The notes under the pieces: model-generated
Seen by the model: only the letters and a program-made list of their open reading frames with translations
The model's database searches: none
Told to the model about the DNA's origin: nothing
Part shown: positions 13,496 through 26,864 of the stretch, piece by piece
How positions within the stretch are numbered: position 1 is the stretch's first letter
Layout: each line of letters opens with the position of its first letter
Made by a program: the position numbers and the translations under genes
Source: Chiloscyllium plagiosum
Lineage: Eukaryota
Direction of reading: 5' to 3'
Assembly: GCF_004010195.1 (NCBI RefSeq)
Contig: NC_057753.1
Span: 4,624,887-4,688,886, forward strand
DNA: 64,000 nt

Positions 13496-14913
13496 AAGAG
13501 GAGAGGCGGTTGCTAAAGGTGAGAGAAATGTGAACCCAGTGGAATGTAGAGGAGCCACTGAGAGTTTTGGATCATGAGACGTGACTGTTGGACCCACCTG
13601 CAAGCGTCCAACTCCAGAAAGCCGAGCGGCGGTCAGAGATTTGGAGAAGCACCAGGAGCAAGCATTTGTGCTGCCAGGGTGAAGAAGGGGGAGGTGAAAG
13701 CTTGATGGTGTCTGTAACCCCCAACCGACCAGAGAGATCAGCGCGGGGGAGGCTGCAATCTCCGAAGCACTCCTTGCGAAAAGCGTCTGTTGACCAGTCA
13801 GGAGGATGGATGGAGAGAGAGGCCTTCGGGCCAGTATATCTTATTGTAGGTGAATAGTCCGATGGAGCTGAGAAAGGTGGATAGTTAGCTGCAGTCAGCG
13901 AAAGCAGTGTAGGTTATATAGTGAACACACTGTGGGCCCATGTTAGACATCGGCTGATGAACATCGAACAGGGAAGGAGAGGAGAACAAACAAAACGTCA
14001 CCCGTGGCAGTGGTAACATCAGTATGTTCAGAATACACTTGGGGATAAGCTAATACACGGACCAAAGGACACATGCAAAGTGGGGTGGCCTCATCTGTGG
14101 AAATCTCTGATTTTTGTTCTTAAAAGCCTGGGGCTATTGGGAGGGGCTGGGAGGAGAGAACCAAACAGAAAACACGCCGGGCAGGGGAACAATGTTTGGG
14201 TGAGATTGCCATGATCTTCTGATGAAAAAAGGCACACTCTACCAGGTGCCAGCAAGGGATCTCCAACTGGCATCATCCCATCAGCTCACCTAACATCTCC
14301 TGTCCAGGCTCGGATCTCTCTCTCTGTGGAAATCTGACTAGTCTTTGGTTGTTTGGTATTCAGTGCTGAGAGTTCACTCGATTTGAACATTTCATGTCCT
14401 CTCGATCACTATCCTATTTGTAAGTATCTAGACATATAGATGGCTTGTACTTTCTGTCTGTCCAATAAAAGCCAACACATTGATTTATCTTGGAGTTTGG
14501 AACTTGGACAATGTGGGTCAATTTTGCCGAATGGGGAGTCACACTGTGGGTCTTCTGAGGAAGGCCAGAACGGTTAGACACCAGACAGGAGTGGCTGGGG
14601 GATAGTGACTGTATCACAGAGCCATGGAGTTTCTGTTACAGTACTGAACAAGGCCCTACAGCCGATTCTGTCCATGCCATAGATCCATACAGCACAGAAT
14701 AGCACTTTGGCCCACATAATTACCACTGAAAGTGTGCTAATCCCAACTCTCTGCACTTGTCCCATTTCCCTGAATGTAATGATTTTTGAAGTACTCGTCC
14801 AGATATTTTTTCTAAAGATTGTAAGGTCGCCAGCCACCATCATGTGCATTCCAGATTCCCACCATGGTTTTTTTTTTCCTCTCTGAATCTCCTGCCCCTT
14901 ATCCTCAAACATT

Positions 14914-15211
14914 ACGATGGCTCAGTGGTTAGCACTGCTGCCTGACGGTGCCAGGGACCCGGGTTCGAATCCAGCCACAGGCAACTGTCTGTGTGGAGTT
15001 TGCACATTCTCCCCGTGTCTGTGTGGGTTTCCTCCCACAATCCAAAGATAGGGTGAATTGGCCGTGCTAAGTTGCCCATAGTGTTCAGGGATGTGTAGGT
15101 TAGGTGCATTAGTCAGGGGGAAATATGTAGAGTAATATAGGTCTGGGTGGGTTACTCTTCAGAGGGTTGGTGTGGACATGTTGGGCCGAAGGGCCTGTTT
15201 CCACGCTGTAG
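14914..15211 (+). mobile_element. tRNA-derived SINE (HE1/V-SINE-like)
   Basis: A-box TGGCTCAGTGG, B-box GGTTCGAATCC, central TGTGTGGAGTTTGCACATTCTCCCCGTG domain, and a CR1-like 3' tail (GGGCCGAAGGGCCTGTTTCC). Confidence 0.85.
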
Positions 15212-15845
15212 TTTTCAAAGAATCCCTATGTCCTTTCGTGATTGACCCTTCAACCAATGGGTACAGCTGCTCTCTATTCACCCTGTCAATGCCCCTCAAT
15301 CTTCCCGACCTCAAGCATGTCTGCTGTTAGTCTTCTGTCCTCTAAAGAAGGCAATCCAATGTCGGGTGTCAAACATCCATATATTCTGATCCCCATTTTC
15401 CAGCACTTAGCCCCCATGACCTGGCACGTTGTATTGCTTTGTGTTTGTATCTTAGGGATTCCCATTTCTAGCACCCTTTACGGCAGAGAATTGCACATGC
15501 CCCACCACTCAGTGTGGGTGAGAAGCGGTTTCCACAGAACCCCTTTAATCCTCTGGTTTGTTGCTTTGAAACTGCACCTCGTTGGTTATTGGTGTGTCTC
15601 CTGAGGGGAGAGGGTCCTGCCTACGTACCCTGTCAGTGGCCCCTCACAGCTTTGTACACCTCAATCATACCTCTCCTCAGCATTTCTGCTCAAGGGAAAA
15701 CAACCCCAGCGTTATCCATTCTGTCTCCATAGCTGAACCGCTCCATCCCAGGCAACATCCTGATCAGTCATCCTGTGCCATAACCTCTTTCCTCCAGTGT
15801 GGTGACAGGAACTCCGCCTTTGGCCTGACTGATATTCTATACAGT

Positions 15846-15990
15846 CGAGCGTGTGGTGCTGGAAAAGCACAGCAGATCAGGAAACATCCGAGGAGCAGAA
15901 GAATCGACATTTCGAGCAAAACTGCTTCTCAGATGCTGCCTGACCTGCTGTGCTTTTCCAGCACCACATCTGCAGTCCTCACTTTCACCT
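15846..15990. mobile_element. Penelope-derived short hairpin element, family A (degenerate, ribozyme core lost)
   Basis: Inverted arms tgtggtgctggaaaagcacagcag / ctgctgtgcttttccagcaccaca, followed by the family tail ctgcagtcctcactttc. Confidence 0.65.
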
Positions 15991-16199
15991 CACATTATAT
16001 GCAGCCCCGTTGAAACCACCTTGCTCTTGTGTTCAATGTTTTGACCAACATAAGGAAGTATACGAGAAGACTGCTTAACTACCCATTATCTTCACGAATG
16101 TATAGGCCAGGTAAAACATTCTGCATCTGGTCTGTCTACCCTTTCCCAATTTTATATGTTTCAAACAGATCCCCTCTTATATTTCTAAGGCCCAGTATT

Positions 16200-16640
16200 A
16201 GAGGCATAAAGCTGTACAGCAAGGAAGCAGATTCTTCAGTCCAACTCAATCCATGCTGACCAGATATCCTACCTTCATCACTGCCAGCACTTGGCTCATA
16301 TCGCTCAGCCCTTCCTATTCATATACCTATCCTCTCACAGCTCACTCCATACACGCACCATCCTCTGTGTGCCCCTGAGGTCCCTTTTAAACATTTCCCC
16401 TCTCACCTTAAATCTGTGCCCTCTAGTTTTGGACGCCTTTACCCTGGGGAGAAGACTTTGGCTGTTGACCCTATCCATGTCCCTCGCGACTTTATAGACC
16501 TCTATAAGGTCACCCCTCTGCCTCCGACGCTCTGGGGAAAACAGCTCCAGCCTGTTCAGCCTCTCCCTATAGCTCAAACCCTCCAACCCTGGCAGCATGT
16601 TTGTACATCTTCTCTGAATTCTTTCAAGGTTCACAACACC
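16200..16640 (-). mobile_element. CR1 (HER1-like) LINE 3' fragment
   Basis: Minus-strand ORF LERIQRR...GLSYRERLNRLELFS...GDLIEVYK...TRGHRFKVRGE is the typical CR1 ORF2 C-terminus. Confidence 0.8.
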
Positions 16641-17006
16641 TTTTTTTTCCCAGTGGTTGAACCAATCTTGTGCTGTCAACCCCAAAATCAGCAGAGTTAG
16701 CTTCCACGAGCAGTGCCTCCCGAGCAATGTGTATACCCTTCAAAGGTAAGGAAGCCAAAACTGCATGTTCTACTCCAGATGTTGTCTTCCCAGGCCCTGT
16801 ACTGCTGCAATGATTTCCTCCTCCTGTACTCAACTTTTTTTTTCCAATGAAAACCAGGAGCCCAAATCGGAGGGAGTTGAATGCACAACTTGCATGAATG
16901 TTGGCCAGCTCATTGACAGTCAGATTGTTTTGAGGGAGATATCTCGGAGCAACAGCAGGCATGCCTGGAACCCTTAGTGATGAAACAGGGAAGAGACTTT
17001 TTTTAC

Positions 17007-17258
17007 ATTAGATTCCCCTACAGTGTGGAAACAGACCCTTCAGCCCAACAAGTCCACACCGACCCTCTGAAGAGTAACCCACCCAGTCCCATTCCCCAAC
17101 CCAATATTTACCCCTGAGGTGGCAATTTAGCATGGCCAATTCACCTGACATGCACATCTAAACAGCCAGAGGGATCCCACGCAGACACGGGGAGAATGTG
17201 CAAACTCCACACACAGAGGGTTGCCCAGGGTAGGAATCGAACCCGAGTCCCTGGCACT
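17007..17258 (-). mobile_element. HE1/V-SINE-like SINE
   Basis: Reverse complement of the SINE body and tail. Confidence 0.75.
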
Positions 17259-17452
17259 GTGTGACCTTGCTGAAGGCAGTTGGATGAAATTGTGGTAACA
17301 GCAGAACTTGCTTGGTAGAGAGCAGACACTGGGAGGATTAATCAATGTAGACAGGACAGTTGTGGGAGGTGTGGGTTAGAAAGCACAGGACTGGCAGGTT
17401 TGACTGGGGAAGGGAAGGGGTGAGAGCAATGCTGAGCTTACAAAAAGAGTGC

Positions 17453-17780
17453 GGGCATGGTGGCTCAGTGGTTAGCACTGCTTCCTCAATGCCAGGGACC
17501 AGCCCTGGGTGACTGTCTGTGTGGAGTTTGCACATTCTCCTCGTGTCTGTGTGGGGTTCCTCCGGGTGCTCCAGTTTCCTCCCACAGTCCAAAGATGTGC
17601 AGGTCAAGGTGAATTGGCCATGCTAAAATGCCCATAGTCTTCATGTTAAGTGGGTTAGCCTTGGGAAATGCCAGGTTGCTAAGATAGGGTAGGGAGGTGG
17701 GTCTGGGTGGGATGCTCTTCAGATGGTCCCTGTGCACTTGAGCGGGCGAATGGCCTATTTCAACACCAGGGATTCTATAA
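17453..17780 (+). mobile_element. HE1/V-SINE-like SINE
   Basis: gggcatggtggctcagtggttagcactg head and central conserved domain. Confidence 0.8.
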
Positions 17781-17919
17781 GGTCAAAATAATCCAAGTTC
17801 CTTTGACGTTATGCATTTCATAGAACTTGCACATTTATATTTCTGTTGTATTTGTAGAATGATGAGTAATGTGTGAAACACTTGTCAGGGTACAGCAGAT
17901 ATACCCAAGTTTGAGCTTT

Positions 17920-18520
17920 CAATAGACATGCATGTATGCGTATACAGTTACATGGACTTGTCTATATATACACACCCACACATACATATGCATGTATATT
18001 TATAAGATACATGCATATTTAAGTGTATATATAATTACATCTATATAAGCATACACATTTGTTTATATATAGACACATTTATATAAAGTATACACATTTA
18101 TTTAAATATTCACATACATTTTACATCCACGTGTCTTCCTGTATAGTGTATATACAAACATACATGTAATGTGTACATTTGCATACACATGTTGACATAT
18201 GCACACCTGTCTGTACATATTTTTGTGTGAAGAAGGGCTTATGCCCGAAACGTCGATTCTCCTGTTCCCTGGATGCTGCCTGACCTGCTGCGCTTTTCCA
18301 GCAACACATTTCCAGCTCTGATCTCCAGCATCTGCAGACCTCACTTTCTCCTCATATTTTTGTATGTGCCCATTAAAACACATTGTGTGCATGAATATAA
18401 ACACAACACATTTATATTCATTTATACATGCTGATACATATGTGTGTGTGTAAATATTTATTCACATTTATACATTTTGACACAGGTAAGTTACATTTGT
18501 ATAAATGCTTGTAAATTAGT
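17920..18520. repeat. AT-rich low-complexity (TACA/ATGT) tract
   Basis: Degenerate TATACA/CATGT repeats. Confidence 0.6.
18228..18352 (+). mobile_element. Penelope-derived family A 3'-end insertion starting at the hammerhead core
   Basis: TGAAGAAGGGCTTATGCCCGAAACGTC...ctcactttctcct, flanked by TSD catatttttgt (18216-18226 / 18353-18363). Confidence 0.8.
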
Positions 18521-18527
18521 ATGCATG

Positions 18528-18745
18528 CCTGAGAAAAAGAACCGGAAATGACATCACCACAGGAAATGACATCACCCAAAGAAACCCAAACAGATGAATA
18601 GAAAGGACAAACCATTAGTAGTGCTTCGCCCTGAGGCCCACTGAAGAAGTAGGGTGACGAAACGTCTGAAAACAAACCTCCCAGCTCAGCAAGCAAACTT
18701 ACATCCAGAACCTCAACCTGAGCTACAAATCTTCTCAAACCTTGC
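18528..18745 (+). mobile_element. Penelope-derived family B 3' end (hammerhead stem II partly deleted)
   Basis: Matches 33840-34022 and 44744-44828. Ends cctcaacctgagctacaaatcttctcaaa. Confidence 0.7.
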
Positions 18746-19039
18746 TAATAAATGCATGTTTATACATATGTACACATGTATACCTAAGCGTTTATTTATA
18801 AACAGACACCCAGATCCCAACTTAAACAATATATTGGATGCATCAATTGAGCAGAGAGAAGTTCTACCATATCCCATAGCAGAGAGCAGGCTCCAAGTTG
18901 GCTGGGGGGGTGGGGGGAATGAATATTCCAGTCTCTCTAACCAGTGCTAAGCAGTTTAGGACTGGCATGTTCCAATAAGGAGGAAGGTCAAAGATGGCAA
19001 GGTGAGGGACCCTTGGATAATGGGAAAAGGTTGGGAATT

Positions 19040-21345
19040 TGGTCAAAACAGAAGCAATCTAAAATTGAATAGGACCTATGAGGAAAATGAAGAAAGCAGG
19101 GAATTAGGGGAGCAGGAAGGGGGCCGTGAAATGACCTTGGCAGTAAACTGAAAGAGAATCCCAAGGGTATTTTGTACCGACATTAAAAACGAGAGGAAAA
19201 CTAGGGAGAGGGTCGGACTCGCTCAAGGGTAACAGACGGCACTTGTGCTTGGAGGCAGAGAACGTGGGTGAAATCCTAAATGAGTACTTTGCATTGGTAT
19301 TCACCAAGCAGAATAACATGGAGGCTTGTGAGATTACTGTGGAGTATACTAACGTGCTACGGCATTTTGAGATTAACAAATAAATGGTGTGGAGTATAAA
19401 GGTGGATATATCCCCAGGACCTGATTCAATCTACCCCAGGTTATTGGTTGAGGCAAGAGAGGAGATTACTGGGGTGTTAACCGAGATCTTTGTATCCTCA
19501 TTAGCCACTAGAGAGGTCTGGGAGGACTGTTAGGAGCTAATATCATTCCTCTATTTAAGAAGGGAAATAGGGATAATCCAGGAAACCGTAGGCCAGGGAG
19601 TCTCACATCTGTGGGTGGGAAGCTATTGGAGAGAATTTCAGGGTTAGGAATTATGCGCATTTGGAAAAGCATGGCCCAATAAGGGACAGTCAGCATGGCT
19701 TTGTGCAGGGTAGGTCATGTCTTACTAACTTGAACTTTTTTGAGGTGGTGACAAAACTGATTAGATTAGATTTGATTGGATTCCCTACAGTGCGGAAACA
19801 GGCCCTTCAGCCCAACAAGTCCACACTAATCCTTCGAAGAGCAATCCACCCAGCCCCATTTCCCTCTGACTAATGTACCTAACTCTACGGGCAATTTAGC
19901 GTGGCCAATTCACCCTGACCCGCACATCTTTGGACTGTGGAAGGAAACCGGAGCACCCCACACAGACACAGAGAGAATGTGCAAACTCCACACAGACAGT
20001 TGCCCGAGGCTGGCATCGAACCCGGGTCCCTGGTGCTGTGAGGCAGCAGTGCTAACCACTGAGCCAGCGTGCCGCCCACAGAATCCCTACAGCATGGAAA
20101 CAGGTCCTTTAGCTCAACAAGTCCACACCGACCCTCCAAAGGGTAACCCACACACACAAACACACACACATATTACTCTACATTTTGATGAAGGGCAGAG
20201 TAGTAGATGTTGTCTACATGGACTGTAGTAAGGCTTTCGACATGGTCCCTCATGCTAGGCTCATGCAGAAGATTAAGATGCATGGGATCCACAGTGACTT
20301 GGCTATTTGGATTCAGAATTGCTCATTGAAGACAGAGGGTAGTGATGGGAGGGGTGTTTTCTGACTGGGGGAAGTCTGTGAATAGGAAAGATCTGCAGGG
20401 ATCTGTACTGGAACCTCTGTGATATACATATAAATGACTTGGATGAAAACGTAAATGGGTGAATGAATAAGTTTGCAGACAACACAAAGATCGATGGAGT
20501 CGTGGATGGTGGAGAAGGTTGTCAAATGGCACAGTGAGATGTAGATCAGTTGCAGATATGGGCAGAGAAATGGCAGATGGAGTTTAATCTGGGTAAGTGT
20601 GAGGTGCTGCACTTTGGGAGATCGAGTGTTCAGGGCAAGTATCGAGTTAATGGCAAGGTCTTAAACAGCACTGATGTAAGGGAGACATTGGGATTCAAGC
20701 CCATAGCTGAAATTGGCTACACAGGTCGATATGGGGGTAAAGAAGATGTATGGCATTATTGCCTTTATTAATCGGGGCATTGAGTACAAGAGTCAGGATG
20801 CCATGTTGCAGCTCTATAAGACTTTGGTTAGGCCGCACTTAGCATTTTGTGTTCAATTCTGGTCACCACATTACAGGAAGGATGGGGATTCTTTGGAGAG
20901 GGTGCAGACGAAGTTTACCCAGGTGCTGCTGGATAAGAGGGTATGAGCTATAAGGAGAGGCTGGAAAAACCCGGATTGTTTTCTCTGGAGTGACAGAGGC
21001 TGAGGGGAAGCTTGATAGACATCTATAAAATGATGAGATGCACAGATAGGGTTGACAGTCAGAATCCTTTTCGTATTGCTGACATGTCTAATACTATGGG
21101 GCATATTTATATTGAAGGTAGAGAGGGAAAGTTGAAAGGAGATGTGAGGGGCAAGTCTTTTTACACAGAGAGTGGTAGGAGTGTGGAATGCGCTGCCAGG
21201 GTGGTGATGGAGGGATATATGATAGGGGCGTTTAATGGACTTTTAGATAACCACATGAATATCTAAGGAATGGAGGGATGTGGATTAAAGGCAGACAGAA
21301 GGGATTAGTTATGTTTGGCATCACGTTCGACACAATATTATTCTC
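19040..21345 (+). mobile_element. Degraded CR1 LINE ORF2 (RT and C-terminus), interrupted by a SINE at ~19760-20180
   Basis: Fragments QHGFVQGRSCLTNL, KFADNTK, KWQMEFNLGKCEVLHFG and [19 protein letters not shown], with frameshifts. Confidence 0.85.
19760..20078 (-). mobile_element. HE1/V-SINE-like SINE inside CR1
   Basis: Full-length reverse complement with (TTAGA)n tail. Confidence 0.8.
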
Positions 21346-22930
21346 TTCATCTGCCACTCCTCAGCACATTGGCCCAGCTGATCCCATTGTACTCTTTAGG
21401 TAACATTCACTGTCCTCCATACTGTCAATGTTTGTCATCAGCAAACTGATGAAACCTGCTTCCTATATTCTCATTCACAACAACACTGATCTCTGTGGCA
21501 CACAACTGGTCACAGACGTCCAGTCCATAAAACAACCTCAAACCCCACCTTCAGGCTCCGACTATCAAGCTAATCTTGGTATCCAGTTGGCTAGCTCTCT
21601 CAGCTCTCCCATGTGATCTAACCTTACTAACTAATCTACTGTGCAGAATCTCAACACGATTCCCCACGCACAAAGCCATGTTGACTATCCCTAATCAGTC
21701 CTTGATTCTCCAAATGGGTTTAAATCAGGTCAGTCGGAATCCCCTCTAACAACTTACCTGCCGCTGAGGTAAGGCTCACCAGTCTATAGTACCCTGGCTT
21801 GTCCTTACAGCATTTCTTAAATAATGGCACAGTATTAGACAACCTCTGAACTTCCAGCACCTCACCCATGGCTGTAGGTGATACAAATATCGCTGCTCGG
21901 TGCCCCGCAATTTCTTCCTTAGCTTCCCACAAAGTCCCGGGCCCACACTTGATCGGGTCCCAGAGATCTACCTACCTTTGTGCATTTTAAGAGCTCCAGG
22001 AGCAGCTCTTCCCTAATGTGGACTGTTTTTAAGAGATCACTATTGATTTCCCCAAGTTCCCTCGCTTCCATGTCTTTCTCCACAGTAAATGCTGAGGCAC
22101 AATATTCAGTTAGGATCTCACCCATCTCTTGTAGTTCCACACAAGGACAGTGTTGTTTATCCTCAGGGGCTGTTGCTTTTATGCCCTTTATGCATTTGTA
22201 GAATGTCTTTGCGTTCTCCTTAACCTTAGCTGTCATGGCTATCTCATGTCCCCTTTAGGCTCTCCTGATTTCCCTTTTAAGAATGCTCCCTCTATACTCC
22301 TCAAGGGAATCACTTGATTCCAGCTGTCTATACCTCCTTTTTCTTGACCATGGCCTCGATATCTCTAGTCATCTAGTATTCCCTATTTTTACCAGCCTCA
22401 CCTTCACTTTTCTAGGAACATAGTGTCTCTGAACTCTAGTGATGACACTTCTGAAGCCCCCCCTCCCCCACCATCCACTTGCCAGTCAAGCCTTGACCTG
22501 TGAACTGAAGAAGGGCTTATGCCCGAAACGTCGATTCTCCGGCTCCTTGGATGCTGCCTGACCTGCTGCGCTTTTCCAGCAACACATTTTCAGCTCTGAT
22601 CTCCAGCATCTGCAGCCCTCACTTTCTCCTTGACCTGTGAACTGCCTACCCAAATCAACTTTTGGGCATTCCTGTCTGTTCCCATCAAAATTGACCTTGC
22701 TCCCATTTGGAACTTTTCAGTTAGGCCTCTCTTTTTCCATAACTGTTTTAAAACTAGTAGAAATAGGATCACTGGTCCCAATGTGCTCCTCCATTAACAC
22801 CTCAGTCGCTTTCCCTGCCTTATTTCCCAAGGGAAAGTATGGTTTTGCTCCCTCTGTGGTCGCTACATCTAAATCTCGAAAAAAAAACCTTTTCCTGAAC
22901 ACATCTAACCAATTCCTCCCCACCTGGGCC
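21346..22930 (-). mobile_element. Degraded CR1 LINE ORF2 fragment
   Basis: Minus-strand ORFs NTVPLFKK..KDKPGYYRLVSLTS..GKLLE and ELQEMGEILTEY.ASAFT.E. Confidence 0.8.
22505..22630 (+). mobile_element. Penelope-derived family A insertion with hammerhead core
   Basis: CTGAAGA-A-GGGC-TTAT-GCCC-GAAAC-GTC at 22505-22532, with a 17-bp TSD ccttgacctgtgaactg (22491-22507 / 22628-22644). Confidence 0.85.
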
Positions 22931-23029
22931 GTTTCCCTACACCAAACTTGCCTTCCCAGCCCATGTTTCGACCCTACATCCTGCGTGTCCTTTGAAATGT
23001 TTCCTCTATAACCCTTCCTTCTGCCCTTT

Positions 23030-23650
23030 CTCAGAATCGGGTGTCACCCAGTACGTGTGTGAAGAGAGGATGTGCTTCAGGACGCCAGTCGCTTGGATGG
23101 TTGGTGGATTCCTGAGCCTCAGTCTATTCAGCCTCTCCCTATAGTTGAAACCCTCCTACATGCTTGCTAATCTTTTCTGAACCCTTTCACGTTTCACACT
23201 GTGGCTACAAGACCGTTTCCAAAGCTGACTGTCCTTCAACAGCAAATGTAAGGGGTGCCATGATGGAGGCCAGGTTATGGACAAATATTCTGCAATCATT
23301 CACCGAACCAAGGAGAGAGGTGAGAGCTGGGCACCTTTGATCACCCTCACTTCAACTTCCAATGGGTATAATCACATCTTACCTATACTCCAACTCCAGT
23401 AAATCACTGGGGGGGGGGGGGGGAGTGCCTGGAACACACAATATTCCCTCCAAAGGCATACCCTCTCCCCCACCCCCGCCTCGGGGAAACATTATGTGTC
23501 CATCTTCCTGAAATGATCTAACGTGGGCTTTCTGGCTACTAGCACGTCATCCAGAAAGATTTGGTGAACTGGGGTAGGCCCTTGTAAAAGGTTCTGTCTC
23601 TGGTCTGCTGGGAAATGACACAGGCTGATGATACCCCAGCAGGCAATCGA
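23030..23650 (-). mobile_element. Degraded Gypsy-type LTR retrotransposon pol (RT) fragment
   Basis: Minus-strand frames give RLPAGVSSAC, QNLLQG...IFLDDVLV (YLDD-like) and LASIMAP-like motifs, in RT order. Confidence 0.55.
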
Positions 23651-23656
23651 GGGATG

Positions 23657-23903
23657 CAGTGGAACCTCGATTATCCAAACGAGACGGCCGGGGAGTATTT
23701 GGTTCAGACAATCCATCGTTCGGAAACAAGCGGTACTTTATGAGTGCTGGGTATCCGGACACCTCTCCGTTATCCAGCAATGCCCGCCATAATGCCGTTG
23801 AAGTGATAACTGAATGCTGAGAGCTGTTTTACGTGACCTTAAGATCTTGTTCGGACAATCCGAAATTCGGATAACTGATGTTCGGATAATCGAGGTTCTA
23901 CTG
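23657..23903. mobile_element. MITE with Tigger/pogo-like terminal inverted repeats
   Basis: TIRs CAGTGGAACCTCGATTATCC / GGATAATCGAGGTTCTACTG. Confidence 0.75.
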
Positions 23904-23920
23904 CATTGGTCCAAACCCTC

Positions 23921-24057
23921 ACGGGGCGAGAGAGTGGGTGCTGGAAAAGCACAGCCGGTCAGGCAGCATCTGACAAGCAGGAGAATTGACGTTTTGACCA
24001 TAAACCCTTCACTCGGCTATGTCCAGCATCAGCAGTCCTCGCCTCCTCCGAGTTGAT
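23921..24057. mobile_element. Penelope-derived family A remnant
   Basis: Inverted family A arm plus tail, with TSD tccaaaccctc (23910-23920 / 24058-24068). Confidence 0.65.
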
Positions 24058-24407
24058 TCCAAACCCTCGTGGATATTAATTGCAGCAATACCTTGAGGAA
24101 TCCTTATCTAACTGCAATCACATGTAGCTCCATGACAGACTGCTGCACCACCACCTCCATGCACCCTCCCTGCTTTCCCTGTATAAAAAGAATTCAGTAA
24201 ATGTAAGGCATATGGCACTGGACGGGTGGTGCAGAATCGAGCGATGTGGCTCTTTCACTAGGACCTCACTCAGGCAGCCAGTTTTTGATCGAGAGATGTC
24301 GAGCCAATAAAAGGTGCGTCTTTCTCAACCAATTTCACCCCATTGAGCTTGGGCTTTTAGATTAGATTAGAATCCCCACAGTGTGGAAACAGGCCCTTCG
24401 GCCCAAC

Positions 24408-26520
24408 ACAGAACATAGAAAAGTACAGCACAGAACAGGCCCTTTGGCCCACGATGTTGTGCCGGGATTTAATCCTAATGTAAAATATAATAACAACCTA
24501 CACACCTCTCAGCTCACTGCTATCCATGTGCATGGCCAGCAGACGCTTAAATGTCCCCAATGACTCTGCTTCCACCATCGCCGCTGGCAACACATCCCAT
24601 GCATTCACAAATCTCTGCGTAAAGAACCTACCTCTGACATCTCCTCTATACCATTTCCCTCATATCTTAAAACTATGACCCCTCGTACCAGTCAGTCCTG
24701 CCCTGGGGAAAAGTCTCTGGTTATTGACACTATCCATGCCTCTCATTATTTTGTACACCTCTATCAGGTCTCCTCTCTTCCTCCTTCTCTCCAGAGAGAA
24801 ACATCTGAGCTTCTTCAACCTTTCTTCATAAGGCAAGCCCTCCAGTCCAGGCAGCATCCTGGTAAACCTTCTTTGCACCCTCTCCAAAGCCCCTGTATCT
24901 TTCCTATAGCAGGGCAACCAGAACCAGACACAATATTCCAAGTGTGGTCTCACCAGGGTTTTGTAGAGCTGCAGCAAAACCTCGCAGCTCTTAAACCCGA
25001 TCTCCCTGTTAATGAAAGCCAAAACACCATATGCTTTCTGAACAACCCTATCCACTTGGGTGGCAACTTCGAGGGATCTATGAACTTGCACACCCAGATC
25101 CCTCTGTTCCTCCACACTGCCAAGAATCCTGTCTTTAATCCTATACTCAGCATTCGAGTTCAGCCTTTCAAAATGCATCACTTTACATTTATCCAGATGA
25201 ACTCCATCTGCCATTTCTCAGCCCAGCTCTGCATCCTGTCCATCCTGCTGCAGCCTGCAGTAGCCCTCTATACTATTGACAACACCTCCAACCTTTGTGT
25301 CATCTGCAAATTTACTAACCCATCCCTCAACCTCCTCATCCAAGTTATTTATAAAAACTACAAAGAGCAGAGGCCCATGAACAGAGCCCTGCGGGACCCC
25401 ACTCAACACTGACTTCCAGGCAGAATACTTTCCATCTACAACCATTCTCTGCCTTCTGTCAGCCAGCCAATTCTGAATCCAGATAGCCAGATCTCCCTGT
25501 ATCCCATACTTCCTGACTTTATGAATGAGCCTACCATGGGGAACCTTATCAAATGCATTGCTCAAGGAACTTAAGCCATGCTGGCTGCCTTTAATCACAC
25601 TATGTTTTGCCAAATAGTCATAATTCTTATCCCTCAGAATACTTTCCAAAACTTTACTGACCACAGAGGTAAGACTGACTGATCTGTAAATGCCAGGGAT
25701 TTCCCTATTACCCTTCTTGAAAAGAGGAACAACATTTTACTCCTTCCAGTCCTCTGGTACGACTCCCGTGGAGATTGAGGAGGAAAATATCCTCACCAGC
25801 GGCTTAGTAACCTCCTACCTCACTTCCCGGAGCAGTAGGATAAATCTGGTCTGGCCCTGTGGACTAACCAGTCTTACTGTTTTCCAAAGTTTCCAGCACA
25901 TCAACTTCATCAATTTTGATCTGGTGAAGCCTGTATCCCAGCTCCTCAAAGTTTTCATTCACAACAAGGCCCCTTTCCTTGGTGAAAACCAAAACACAAA
26001 ACTCAATTAGGACTACCCCTATCTGCTCAGACTCCACGCACAAGTTCCCTCCGCTATCTCTGATTGGCCCTACCTTCTCCCTGATCACTCTCTTATTCCT
26101 CACGTGTGAGTAAAATGCCTTTGGGTTCTCCCTAATCCTTCCTGCCAAGCCTTTTTCGTGCCCCCTCCTGGCACCCTCCCTGTTCTTTTTGAACATTCTA
26201 AACCCTGGAATGTCAAGCAACCATTCCTGCCCCAGTGAAACCCACGTCTCTGTTATGGCCATAATATCATAGCCCCCAAGTACTGATGATGCTCTAAGTT
26301 CATCACTCTTATTTCTGATACTCCTTGCATTAAAGCAGACACACCTCAACTGATCCCTTTGTTTCAACGCGTTAAGAAACCTTCCTGATAGATTCACTAC
26401 ATCCTGTCACTGCCCCGTCTGCAACTGACCCCCTCTCAGACATATGGCTCTGATTCCCACCCCCCTGCCAAACCAGTTTAATCCCTCCTGAATCACACCA
26501 GCAAATCTCCCACCCAGACA
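24408..26520 (-). mobile_element. CR1 (HER1-like) LINE, ORF2 with internal deletions
   Basis: CFNARSIRNK/ITETW (endonuclease), GVPQGSV.GPLLF, SKFADDTK, LYKTLVRPHLEYC, and the 3' tail. Confidence 0.9.
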
Positions 26521-26864
26521 ATCTCCGTCCCACAACAAGTCCACACTGACCCTCTGAAGAGTAACCCACCCAGACCCATTCCCCACATTTACCCCTAACT
26601 AGGATAAATAGACAAAGTCTTTTCCCTGGGGTCGGGGAGCCCGGTCGGCATGGACGGGTTGGACCGAAGGGTCTGTTTCCTTGCTGTACATCTCTATGAC
26701 TCTAATGCACCTAACACTATGGGGTAATTTAGCACGGCAGCAATCTCCACCCCAGATCCCTGAGAGAAAGAGGGAGGACTCCCATGTAGAGAGCCCTCCA
26801 CTGGGGTCACCACTGCCTAGTAAATTCCTTTTTCTGTCAGCCAGGGCTCCCTGATTGGAGAAAA

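Noticed and set aside
12928..13603. ORFs of 137-195 aa
   Set aside because: They are translations of the GA-rich minisatellite.
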